A DNA stretch of 63,959 nt, the filler included, from Octopus bimaculoides (taxonomy: Eukaryota), in the NCBI RefSeq assembly GCF_001194135.2. It is 6 parts of 6 records of this genome, joined end to end, with 100 filler letters (N's around TTAATTAATTAA, not from the genome) between each part and the next. Parts side by side here need not be neighbours in the genome. Positions count along the whole stretch, not along the records: positions 33,726 to 58,450 come from NC_068989.1; positions 58,551 to 61,310 come from NC_069005.1; positions 61,411 to 62,682 come from NW_026431432.1; 3 more parts are not named here. The stretch is one strand, 5' to 3'. Of this stretch, positions 50,554 through 62,782 are shown in pieces. Each line of letters begins with the position of its first letter. Positions within the stretch are counted from its first letter, which is position 1. The translations under genes and the position numbers were made by a program. The notes below the pieces were generated by a model. That model was given only the letters and a program-made list of their open reading frames with translations, was not told the origin of the DNA and made no database searches.

Positions 50554-51443
50554 TGGGGTCTTATCAATAAGTATCCGGAATGTTGCCATAATAACGAAGC
50601 TAAAGCACGCAGAGTAAAGCCGATTGACACAAATTGAACTCTGCTGTGCATGAGCACTAGGTTTCAATGTTCTATCTCACTTCCGATTTTTCCAGCAGTG
50701 TTTGAAAGGAAGGTGTGTAGCGTGAGATCGTCGCATTGACCATGATAGAGAAAGTTGAGCAAAGAATCTGCCTCAAATTTTGTCAAAAGCTTGGCAATAC
50801 CTGCTCTGAGGCCTCTGCAAAGCTTTCAAAAAGTGTTCATAGTTTTCGACACAATGAGAGAGATCTTGTGCAACTGAAACCCGAGTGCTTGTTTGGTTAT
50901 CTGAAAGCAGCTTTTGTAGAAACTTGACAGACACGCGTCTCATAACCAAATCTTCAATGATAATGGACTGAACTGAACTGTAACTAAGCTACACATTATC
51001 TGATAACTCGCGGATGGCGATTCGACGATTTCCCCTCAGAACCACACGCATATCTGCGATGTTTCTCTCATTTCTGTTGGTTGCGGATTTAGGAAAACGT
51101 CAGTCAATATCGACATTTTTTCTGCTATCTTGGAAACGTCTGAAAAACTCGTATACTTCGATGACACTCCTACCCAGCCCTCCATAAAAATTATGCGACT
51201 TTGCGTACGCCTCTGAGCATGAATCACTATGGCAATCTTCTATGCCATGATCAATGCGACGATTAATCGCTACCCACCTTCCTTCCAAGCACTGATGTAA
51301 ACAGCGGAAGTAAGCTAGAACATTAAAACTTAGTGCGCATGGATGGCAGTGTTCAAGGTCAATCTTTACCAAGCAGGTTCATTCTGCATGTTTTAGCTTC
51401 GTCACTATGGCAACAGTCCGGATGCTTGTTGATCAGACCTCGA
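50554..51443. mobile_element. Non-autonomous mariner derivative made of two left ends (copy 2, complete, ~890 bp)
   Basis: TIRs (TA)TGGGGTCTTATCAATAAGTATCCGG and CCGGATGCTTGTTGATCAGACCTCG, with ~280-bp inverted arms. The left arm encodes EKVEQRICLKFCQKLGNTCSEA and the right arm (minus strand) encodes VYEFFRRFQD. Confidence 0.85.
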
Positions 51444-52103
51444 ATAGTTATTTTTCACAAAATGTCACGAGACCTGCGTATATTTAGACAGTTGAAAATT
51501 ATATCACACTCCCGATACATCTCAGAATCTTTTAAATTCCTATAGATTCAACTTGTCTATTAAGTGCAAGCGAAAATATGTTTAGCTAGCCTTTACCTAC
51601 AATCTGTAACAACGTACTTGGCAAAATAATGGCCTAGGTGTATCAACCAAGTCTTCATAACCTTTAGCAGCACGATGAATCCCTACTTCAAGTGATTAGA
51701 TGTATCTTCGTGTACTTCTCGTAAGGTTCACAGTAAAGTAAGGGGAGAACATGTTTGAATATATTTGATAGGGAAGTTATGCAGACTTAATAATTTCTTT
51801 ATCACTCAGCGAACAGCACATTTCGTATCATAGTTTTCGTTTCCACTGAGCGCATTGTAGCATTAAGATAAGCTTTAAAATATAATGTCACTCTCCTAAC
51901 GAAAGGCTTCATACATCTGTAGAAACTTATACACCGTCTACCTTTCCCTATTTTCCAAAAATAACATACTGGTGGTTTATTAACAAGTTGGGCTCCTATC
52001 ACTTGAACTTATCGATCTATATTTTCGACTCTAAGAGACTGTGCCTCAGCATTAACCATGCAGCATTCATGTTTAGTACCAAAGAAATTCTAGCCCATCA
52101 CTT

Positions 52104-52483
52104 TTCTTTTTTTTCTTTGTTTGTTTTGCGCCCTTCTAAAGCCTAACCAGGTTCATGGGCCCGGTCTCCCGGTTTCTATGGCGTATGTGCTCCCCCCCCC
52201 CCCCNNNNNNNNNNNNNNNNNNNNNNNNNNNNNNNNNNNNNNNNNNNCGAGCTGGACGGGACGCCAGTCTATCGCAGCGTTACTCAAGAAACAAGAAGAA
52301 AGAGTGAGAGAAAGTTGGGGCGAAAGAGTACAACAAGAGTCGCCACCACCCCTTGCTGGAGCCTCGTGGAGCTTTTAGGTGTTTTCGCTCAATAAACACT
52401 CACAACGCCCGGTCTGGGAATCGAAACCGCGATCCTCCAACCGCGCGTCCGTTGCCCTAACCACTGGGCCATTGCGCCTCCAC
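52104..52483 (-). mobile_element. SINE with family A head and core but an alternative 3' tail; 12-bp TSD
   Basis: AGCCCATCACTT at 52092-52103 and 52484-52495. After the shared core the sequence continues CTGCGATAGACTGGCGTCCCGTCCAG...GGCTTTAGAAGGGCGC plus an A-rich tail. Confidence 0.8.
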
Positions 52484-52869
52484 AGCCCATCACTTGCTTT
52501 GTACTGAAAAACGAACACACAAAAAAAACAATAGGCACAGGAGTGGCTGTGTGATAGGAAGCTTCGTTCCGGTTACCCAGAGTTCATTTGGTTTTTTTGA
52601 TTTTTTGTGAAGTAGACGTGTTTTTTGGTTGTGCGTACTTTTTAAAAATTTTTTTAGCTGTGCGACGTTTTTCCTCTTGTGTGATGGAGGGACGTAGAAC
52701 AAGAAGTTGCGAGGGCTTCAGTTGTTCTGTCTCGAGGGTTGAGGGCTGCCCTTTCTTGGAGTATATGTCATCAGAGGAGGAATTAGTCAATTACTTGAAC
52801 AAGATAGATAAGATTATAGAAAAGAAGAATTACGCAACGGCTGCGAGAGAAGAACTTATATATATAATA

Positions 52870-54300
52870 ACACATTAAATGTGGCTCCCGAGAAAGAGTA
52901 AAAGTAGCTAATCAAGCAACAACGGGTATTACTACTGTTTTTGCATCTTCAGATTTGAAGTTGTTTTCTCTTGAATAAAAATTATCTAATGCCTGTTAGT
53001 CTGATGAAAATTCTGGATAGTAGAGTACTTCCAAATTCAGTTCCAGTAACTTGAGTACCGTTCTTTGTGCAACACGTGATCGAGCATTGTCTTGCAAGAG
53101 AACTGGCCTCTCTCTATTGACCAATCTCGGTTGTTTAATTGCAAGTTCACGCATCATTTCATCCAATTGGTTGACGTATACATCCTCTGTAATTGACTTA
53201 CCAGGTCTAATGAAACTGTGAGCGGATGACACCAGCGCTGGACCACCCAACAGACACCATTAGCTTTTTTTGAGGAATATTCTTTAATGGATTGTGCTTT
53301 GGCACTTCGTCTCTGTCCAACCACCGTACAGAACACTTGCTATTGTTGAAAAGTATCCATTTGTCATCACACGTAACAATACGATGCAAAAATAGTTCGC
53401 TTTATGCTGTGACAGCAAAGAACAGCAAGTTTCAAGACGACGTGTCATTTGATGCTATTTCAGTTCGTGTGGTAACTACTGGTCCAGATTTTTACCTTTA
53501 CTCTTTTACTCTTTTAATTGTTTCAGTCATTTGACTGTGGCCATGATGGAGCACCGCCTTTAGTCGAGCAAATCGACTCCAGGACTTATTCTTTGTAAGC
53601 CTAGTACTTATTTTATCGGTCACGCTTTTGCCGAACCGCTAAGTTACGGGGACGTAAACACATAAGCATCGGTTGTCAACCGATGTTGGTGAGGGGGACA
53701 AACACAGACACACAAACACATACGCACATACATATATATATATACATATATACGATGGGTTTCTTTCAGTTTCCGTCTACCAAATCCACTCAAAAGGGTT
53801 TGGTTGACCCGAGGCTATAGTAGAAGACGCTTGCCCAAGGTGCCATGCAGTGGGCCTGAACCCGAAACTATGTGGTTCGTAAGCAAGCTACTTACCACAC
53901 AGCCACTCCTACGCCTGTGCCATACAGCCACTCTTACGCCTGTGCCACACAGCCACTCCTACGTCGATTTGTTTCAGATGGTCCAATACTGTTGGAATCG
54001 AAACATGAAATCTTGCTGCTAACTCACCCGTTGTTTGAAATGTATCTGCTTCCACTACACTTTCCAGGTCATTATCCACCTTGGTCTCAGACCTATCACG
54101 ATTGGTTTTCAAGAGAAAAGTCACCAGACCGGAACTTCTCAAACCATTGACGTACAGTGTGCTCATTCACCATTTCTCCACCAAACTTCTCATTGATGTT
54201 TCGAGCTGTCTGGGATGCACTGATACCACAACGGAACTGATATTCATACGCAACACGAATTTGCGATCTTTCTATGCGCTTACATAAATTGATTTACAAG
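52870..54300 (-). pseudogene. Mariner transposase pseudogene interrupted by a CORE-like SINE
   Basis: Minus-strand fragments: QIRVAYEYQFRCG...TVRQWFEKFRSGDFSL, TVLDHLKQI, LPHEL, HRIVTCDDKWILFNN, LLQDNAR, and YPEFSSD (about 8 codons including the third Asp deleted) followed by QALDNF. TIRs not identified. Confidence 0.88.
53500..53963 (-). mobile_element. Full-length CORE-like SINE nested in the mariner, with a tandemly repeated 5' end
   Basis: Colinear with 7339-7715. It splits the mariner between KQI and GKVK. Confidence 0.88.
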
Positions 54301-56394
54301 AGAAAACTCACAATATAATCAGACACTATGAATTGCATTTCGAAAAGTGTTGATGTAACTCTTCAATGTTGTGAAACATAAGAATTGTCAGGAAAAGACA
54401 GTAGAGTTAACGACTGTCAAAATTGGAGCAAAAGAAAACCGGACATTTCATTCTTAATGACCTGGCATACATACATCCATACATATGTGTGTATGTGAGC
54501 GTGTGTGTTTGTATGAGTGTGTATGTATATGTGTGCGTACGTACACAGACATATATACACATATATATACATATATGTGTTTGCATATATATTCACGTAT
54601 TTGCAGTTTATAATTTCAATAATAGACTATATTTTTCTTCAAGGCTGATTCCTTTCTACTAGTTTACCGCTGTCTCTGTCTGTTTGTCTATCTACCNNNN
54701 NNNNNNNNNNNNNNNNNNNNNNNNNNNNNNNNNNNNNNNNNNNNNNNNNNNNNNNNNNNNNNNNNNNNNNNNNNNNNNNNNNNNNNNNNNNNNNNNNNNN
54801 NNNNNNNNNNNNNNNNNNNNNNNNNNNNNNNNNNNNNNNNNNNNNNNNNNNNNNNNNNNNNNNNNNNNNNNNNNNNNNNNNNNNNNNNNNNNNNNNNNNN
54901 NNNNNNNNNNNNNNNNNNNNNNNNNNNNNNNNNNNNNNNNNNNNNNNNNNNNNNNNNNNNNNNNNNNNNNNNNNNNNNNNNNNNNNNNNNNNNNNNNNNN
55001 NNNNNNNNNNNNNNNNNNNNNNNNNNNNNNNNNNNNNNNNNNNNNNNNNNNNNNNNNNNNNNNNNNNNNNNNNNNNNNNNNNNNNNNNNNNNNNNNNNNN
55101 NNNNNNNNNNNNNNNNNNNNNNNNNNNNNNNNNNNNNNNNNNNNNNNNNNNNNNNNNNNNNNNNNNNNNNNNNNNNNNNNNNNNNNNNNNNNNNNNNNNN
55201 NNNNNNNNNNNNNNNNNNNNNNNNNNNNNNNNNNNNNNNNNNNNNNNNNNNNNNNNNNNNNNNNNNNNNNNNNNNNNNNNNNNNNNNNNNNNNNNNNNNN
55301 NNNNNNNNNNNNNNNNNNNNNNNNNNNNNNNNNNNNNNNNNNNNNNNNNNNNNNNNNNNNNNNNNNNNNNNNNNNNNNNNNNNNNNNNNNNNNNNNNNNN
55401 NNNNNNNNNNNNNNNNNNNNNNNNNNNNNNNNNNNNNNNNNNNNNNNNNNNNNNNNNNNNNNNNNNNNNNNNNNNNNNNNNNNNNNNNNNNNNNNNNNNN
55501 NNNNNNNNNNNNNNNNNNNNNNNNNNTATATATATATAATGTGTGGGGGGGGGTTGTGTGTATCTTTGCATATATAGATGTGTGCGTGTCTGTGTATTCA
55601 TACAGGAGGACATTATCTATAGACACCTTTTCCAGATATATTCAGTCCTTTGTACATATTGAAATTAATTATTATTCCTCAGCTGCACGCTTTGTGATGC
55701 TAATTTCCTCATAGACATTGCCTTCTTCTATACTTTTACCATTCCCAGTTTTATTGATTTCTATTTTTAAAATCTTTCTAATGTGTATACATTCATGAAG
55801 CAATTTCTATCATTATTGCTGTTAACCCTGTACCGTGTATTGTTAATAGTTCTTTACACTACAAATACTACACTTTTATGGGGCGGGTACAAGAAACTTG
55901 AAAGCGTAGACGGGCTGTAAGGATTCTCATGGCGTTTGAACAAGATTATTGCATGCAAGCAATCATAATAATATATCAATATATCTTGTATTTGTTGCAG
56001 AATCGTTGACATTTTAGTAATGTGTATGTGTGTGTTGTATATGTAAGTATATGTGTAGTGTGTATGTGTGTGTGTGTGTGTGTGTGCAATATTTTATTCT
56101 TTCGTTGTTTTGCTTGTTTCAGTGATTTGACTGCAGCCATGCAGGAGCACCGCCTTTAGTCAAACAAATTGTGTGTGTTTGCGTGCTTGTGTGTGTTTGT
56201 GTTTGTGTATGATTGTGTGTGTACAAAAAAATTAATCTTTCTTCCAATTTCTTTAAAATTTTATTCACAACTGCTTCATATCCCAAGCCCGAACCTATGC
56301 TACTTAGATTTTAAAAAGTCGATATTGGGGCCTCTAAAGTGATGGGAAACAAAGAATATGTGATTCCAATTCATTTGCATTAATCAGCTGTTTC

Positions 56395-56830
56395 ATAATC
56401 TGTAGGGTCCTCCATACTTTTTTAAGCTTTTTATAAAAGTGAAAGGGTTTTCTCGATTTATTTATTTCTACTGTCCACCAGCGACGTCTATTAAATTGAC
56501 TAGTGACACTGAACGCATACATTTCTACAATTCTCAACAGGTTTTCACCAAAGTTTACACCCAAATTACTTATGTCCCACGGATGGTCATGCAGTGAACA
56601 TTTTGCCCAGAGCTCCCGCGTAAATGGACCTAAATGGACATAGTTTTTTTATATGTAGGATCTTCCATACTTTTGAAAATCATTTTATACAAGTAAAAAG
56701 ATTCTGTTTATTTATTTCGACTATCCACCTGTGGAACTAAGATGGACATACTATTTAAAATTTTTCTATTTATTTCGACTGTCCATCTGTCACGGTGATT
56801 AAATTGACTAGAAACAATGTACGCAATGAA
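56395..56830. repeat. Imperfect local tandem duplication (~250-bp period)
   Basis: GTAGG(G/A)TC(C/T)TCCATACTTTT...TTTATTTATTTC(T/G)ACT(G/A)TCCA...ATTAAATTGACTAG...ACGCA occurs twice. Confidence 0.55.
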
Positions 56831-57408
56831 TATCCAATACCAAACACACTTAATCTCCATATTTAAACTGCGTTAAACTTTAGCAAGCTTACCTTTACCT
56901 ATTCTGAGTTACTTCACAGGTGATGTTCCCTTCCCTCTCTTCTATTTGTTGATACCTTTGTTTACCTACCAATGTATTGTTTCACTTTAAGGATGCTTAT
57001 ATACCCATCCATTATGATATTTCGACTGTTGTCCATTGTTTCAAATATGTTTTAGTATTGTCATTCTAGCCTTTTTTTAAAACAATCACATGTGATTTTT
57101 CCCAAAGAATCAACTTTTAAATAAGTGTTTGCTTCCACTAGCGAAAGATATACGCATCTTTCAGAAAGCCAGACACAATAAAATATGCTTCAACACTCGA
57201 ATTCGCATAAAGAATCTTGCAAACCAAATACAAAAACGAAGTCTCTCTTTCTCTCTCTCTCTCTNNNNNNNNNNNNNNNNNNNNNNNNNNNNNNNNNNNN
57301 NNNNNNNNNNNNNNNNNNNNNNNNNNNNNNNNNNNNNNNNNNNNNNNNNNNNNNNNNNNNNNNNNNNNNNNNNNNNNNNNNNNNNNNNNNNNNNNNNNNN
57401 NNNNNNNN

Positions 57409-57445
<37 letters not shown>

Positions 57446-57733
57446 AGCACGTACAGACAGAGATTCTACTACACATACATTCTAATACACACTTCCTTAT
57501 TCTACTGAACCTATATATATTTTAATACAGGCATATAAATTCTCGTACACACACGCACACACACACATACATTGCAGTACACACACATTTGCGAAAGAAA
57601 ATGTCTCCACGTCTCCATCACATCCCACCTGATTTCTCTCCGGCAGGCACACACACAGACGAATATATGCGCGCACTCACATACACACACACGCGCGCAC
57701 TCTAACGGTTAAGCACAAGCACACACACACACA

Positions 57734-57772
<39 letters not shown>

Positions 57773-58127
57773 GCATATTTACGAAACCGGAAAAAAAATC
57801 TCACCACGTTAGTATCTTTTCTATACCTTCCCACATAAAACCGTAACCTTATCTGTAAAATGTATACATCACACATACAGACACACATATACACACAGAC
57901 ACGCACTCTCACTCATACACACGCACGCGCGTAAATTATTTGTAAAATGAATTTATCTTCTGTCACCTTCACAGAAAAAACAATACACGCACATAGATAT
58001 TTTCGGTACGTACAGGCATTTTTTAGCGTTACACTTTACCTTCTGTGTCTCTCTTTTTCAAATTTACTAATTCTCTCAACCTCTCTCCCTCTCCCCCTCT
58101 CTCTGTCTCACACACACAAACACTCAG

Positions 58128-58161
<34 letters not shown>

Positions 58162-58550
58162 ATGACAAACATTTGTATATACAGAAGCACGTTCTGTCAC
58201 CTTCCAGCATATATAACTTCCCAAAATAAAAGGAAAAGGAAATATTTCGATGAATTAAATATTCAAAAATACACTCATTTCCGGGAGCGAAAATATATTT
58301 AAAAGTAGATAAATAGATAAAAAAAAAAAAGATAAATGAATAAATAAATGAATAAATAATTGTAAGATGAGATAACTTGTATGTGTTTTTTTATAAATGC
58401 CATTCTAAACACGCAGAAATAGTAATAGTGTGACGTGGTTCTTTAATATGNNNNNNNNNNNNNNNNNNNNNNNNNNNNNNNNNNNNNNNNNNNNTTAATT
58501 AATTAANNNNNNNNNNNNNNNNNNNNNNNNNNNNNNNNNNNNNNNNNNNN

Positions 58551-58586
<36 letters not shown>

Positions 58587-58805
58587 ATTGATTCTGTTAT
58601 TATCATTTTTAAATTGTTACACTAGATAATAATAGAGTCAATGATATCTTTGCAAATTATTTTTCTCATGAATTATTTACTCCATATATATATATATATA
58701 GGTTGTGGTATATTCTGTTAAGAATGTAGTAGCGTAGAGTATGAAGCTCATCCAGTAGTAGTATTATATGTACTTCCAGGTTTGTGTTTGGGCATTTGTC
58801 ATGTG

Positions 58806-59363
58806 TGAATAGATGATTGAAAAAATTGGAGTCTGCAAGAAGGAGTACAGTTGGACATTTATTTTTTAATCACTACAATTGTTTTCAAGCATCGTAGTTC
58901 TCCAGGCATGCAGGTACTTGACTATGCAACTGTTTCCCTGCATTATGAGATCTAGTAGTGTTTCTTCAGGTGATATATGAATATTGTCTCCATAAGTTCA
59001 AATTCTCAGCTTCAAGAACGTCCTCTCTGCCTGTCGTAGTCGGAATTTAGTAGGAGTCACTGAGTCTATCAGAGTGTGTTGTTGCTGAAGGACCTTTGGC
59101 AAACTGCTTTGAATCTACTCCTAAATTCAGGCCATGACAGACAGAGAGGTTGTTCTTGAAGCCGAGAATTTGAAGTTACGGAGACAATATTTACATATCG
59201 CCTGAGGAAACACAACTAGATCTCAGAATGCAGAGAAACGGTTGCACAATGAAGTACCTGCATGCCTGGAGTACTACATTACATGGAAACAATTGTAGTG
59301 ATTAAAAAATAAATGTCCAACCATACTCCTTCTTGTTGACTCTAATTTTTTCAATCATATTCA
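58806..59363. repeat. Long fold-back: ~250-bp inverted arms around a 59-bp loop
   Basis: 58806-59057 is the reverse complement of 59117-59363 with scattered mismatches, for example GGACATTTATTTTTTAATCACTACAATTGTTT versus AAACAATTGTAGTGATTAAAAAATAAATGTCC. Confidence 0.92.
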
Positions 59364-60625
59364 TAACAGGCTTCTTTCAGCTCAAATGTTGCATTAAGTT
59401 CCAGTATTGAGGGAATTTGATAAAAATCATTTTTTTCTTTTTTTACCTATCAATGTATAGCAAATGTATTGATTATCTTGATTATTTCATTGTTCTTGTT
59501 GACATTATATTGATTGATATATCTCTTTTTTTATCTTTTTTTTTTCTTTATTTTTTTCCCCAAATTCTTCAACAGGTTTTTTATGATATCGGATGCATAA
59601 ATCCTTTAAAACGTCTTGCAAGTAGCCCANNNNNNNNNNNNNNNNNNNNNNNNNNNNNNNNNNNNNNNNNNNNNNNNNNNNNNNNNNNNNNNNNNNNNNN
59701 NNNNNNNNNNNNNNNNNNNNNNNNNNNNNNNNNNNNNNNNNNNNNNNNNNNNNNNNNNNNNNNNNNNNNNNNNNNNNNNNNNNNNNNNNNNNNNNNNNNN
59801 NNNNNNNNNNNNNNNNNNNNNNNNNNNNNNNNNNNNNNNNNNNNNNNNNNNNNNNNNNNNNNNNNNNNNNNNNNNNNNNNNNNNNNNNNNNNNNNNNNNN
59901 NNNNNNNNNNNNNNNNNNNNNNNNNNNNNNNNNNNNNNNNNNNNNNNNNNNNNNNNNNNNNNNNNNNNNNNNNNNNNNNNNNNNNNNNNNNNNNNNNNNN
60001 NNNNNNNNNNNNNNNNNNNNNNNNNNNNNNNNNNNNNNNNNNNNNNNNNNNNNNNNNNNNNNNNNNNNNNNNNNNNNNNNNNNNNNNNNNNNNNNNNNNN
60101 NNNNNNNNNNNNNNNNNNNNNNNNNNNNNNNNNNNNNNNNNNNNNNNNNNNNNNNNNNNNNNNNNNNNNNNNNNNNNNNNNNNNNNNNNNNNNNNNNNNN
60201 NNNNNNNNNNNNNNNNNNNNNNNNNNNNNNNNNNNNNNNNNNNNNNNNNNNNNNNNNNNNNNNNNNNNNNNNNNNNNNNNNNNNNNNNNNNNNNNNNNNN
60301 NNNNNNNNNNNNNNNNNNNNNNNNNNNNNNNNNNNNNNNNNNNNNNNNNNNNNNNNNNNNNNNNNNNNNNNNNNNNNNNNNNNNNNNNNNNNNNNNNNNN
60401 NNNNNNNNNNNNNNNNNNNNNNNNNNNNNNNNNNNNNNNNNNNNNNNNNNNNNNNNNNNNNNNNNNNNNNNNNNNNNNNNNNNNNNNNNNNNNNNNNNNN
60501 NNNNNNNNNNNNNNNNNNNNNNNNNNNNNNNNNNNNNNNNNNNNNNNNNNNNNNNNNNNNNNNNNNNNNNNNNNNNNNNNNNNNNNNNNNNNNNNNNNNN
60601 NNNNNNNNNNNNNNNNNNNNNNNNN

Positions 60626-60670
<45 letters not shown>

Positions 60671-61849
60671 GACTGTAACTGGTTCCATGGATAGATTGAT
60701 TGTTAAAAAGCACCATTTCTGTCTTATTTTTATAATAATAATAATATTAATAATAATAGTGCTATAAAAATAATTCAATATATTTCAATTCAATTTGGAT
60801 AGGTGATCTTCTTGAAATGTGATTCATATATAATATTACGATAAATATGTAGTATAATATAATATAACATAATATAATGTAATATAATATAATATAATAT
60901 ATACATATATAATATATATATTATAATAATATAGGTATATAAATATAGTATATATGAAACTATATATATGTTATAATATATATATGTATATATATGTTAT
61001 ATTGTGTGCGTGTGTGTGTGTATACATTAGAATGGGTTTTTAAATATTGAAGCATATGGAAAAAAAATTTTAATAATGAAATTGTCATCAATTCTGTGTC
61101 AGTTTTAACAGATTTCTTTTTATTATCAATTCTATGACTTTTGGATCTTATAGGCTAGCCAAATACAGGCACACAGGGAGGAATTTAGTGAGAAAAATAC
61201 AACCAGGTTTAGAAACTGTATATTTGAAAATAAATATTTTAGAGATTTAAAACAAACAAAAAAGTCAAATTTTTTTTTACGCGTATTTTTATTTCCTAAT
61301 TTTTTTTTTGNNNNNNNNNNNNNNNNNNNNNNNNNNNNNNNNNNNNNNNNNNNNTTAATTAATTAANNNNNNNNNNNNNNNNNNNNNNNNNNNNNNNNNN
61401 NNNNNNNNNNTGTATATAAATGAAGGCATATCTTTCCCATGTATTTTTATTTGCTTTCTCAATCATGTACGCATTCAACATTAGATTTCCTGCAAATATT
61501 TCTTGATTCAAAACATTGAAACCTGAAAAATTTCAAAGCAGGTGTATTCGTTTGCATGTTTCTCTATTTCTTTCGTTTTCTTTAATTCTCTCCTGTGTTT
61601 ACGTATCATGTTCTCCCTCATTGAGATATACGTAAAACGGGTGTGAATTATCTTACATTACTTGATGAATTCTAGAGATTAATATATTTATTACTCAAAC
61701 GCTTAAATAAATATATGGCACTTAACTAGTTTCTATTAATCAATAGAATACAGATAATAGGCCAAAATCTCTCACATTTTACTAATATGTATTGATGCAT
61801 GCATATATATATTTATACCATAAGTGTATATATCTACTATATATGTGGG

Positions 61850-62100
61850 GAATTCTGCCTTTGGGCGTGTTTGTGGAGTTGTAAGCTAACTCCTCCTACA
61901 TGGTTTTATCGATTTTGATGAAAATTGAGTTGCGAGAAATTCATTTATGGAAACCCCACGGCATACTCAAATTGTTGAAAAAGTCGATCATAGGGCCCCT
62001 TGAAGGGATCTTTATATATATTTAATATATTTTATTTTTAAACCAAGGGAAATAACCCATTCATTTTTTAAAATTAATTGGTAAAAATTATATTGAGCAT
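61850..62100 (+). mobile_element. Possible Helentron/DINE-like non-autonomous fragment
   Basis: GCTAACTCCTCCTACATGGTTTTATCGATTTTGATGAAAATT resembles the recalled core of DINE/HINE-type elements. Ends not established. Confidence 0.25.
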
Positions 62101-62782
62101 CCTTATTTCTTAGTATTTGAACTGTTAGAGTTATTTTCGCGATTTATCTAGTACAACCTTTAAACATTTAAATATTATTTTCCTAAACAATAGATCCACT
62201 TATGTCAGTGGAATATACCGACACTAGCGCCCCTAAGAGTAATATTCTCTGGGAACGCACAAAAGCCGTTTTCAGAGTTATTTACTTTAAAGTGTCAATA
62301 TCTGATATTTGATTAGCCTCTTATTACGTAACATGGTTCACGGTTTTAGTATACAACACTTATTAGTATGTTCTATATACTCTAGAAATGCATTAAAGCC
62401 CTTTTCGGGGCTACTTTATTTGAATTATTACTATTGGGTAACTAGTTTCTTGTTATCAAATAACTGACTTCACAATTTGCATATTCTTAACTTATTGCGA
62501 ATTCCTAGAAACAAGATCCTGTGTAATAACAGGTATTCTGTGTAAATGCACAAAAACCGTTTTAAAGTCTACATACTTTGTATTGTTGCTATTGGATTAG
62601 CGAAACAGTTATGAGAACAGAACCAAAGGATAACCCCCGCTTTCCCACGAATTAATGGGTACGTTATCTAGCATATATATATNNNNNNNNNNNNNNNNNN
62701 NNNNNNNNNNNNNNNNNNNNNNNNNNTTAATTAATTAANNNNNNNNNNNNNNNNNNNNNNNNNNNNNNNNNNNNNNNNNNNN

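Noticed and set aside
736-60778. Long ORFs of 150-430 aa in the supplied track
   Set aside because: They are read-through of N gaps or of (TA)n/(CA)n/(ATT)n arrays and carry no coding information.
25693-62738. Five identical TTAATTAATTAA islands inside N runs
   Set aside because: Each is centred in a fixed 100-bp gap and gives stops in all frames. This is an assembly spacer, not biology.
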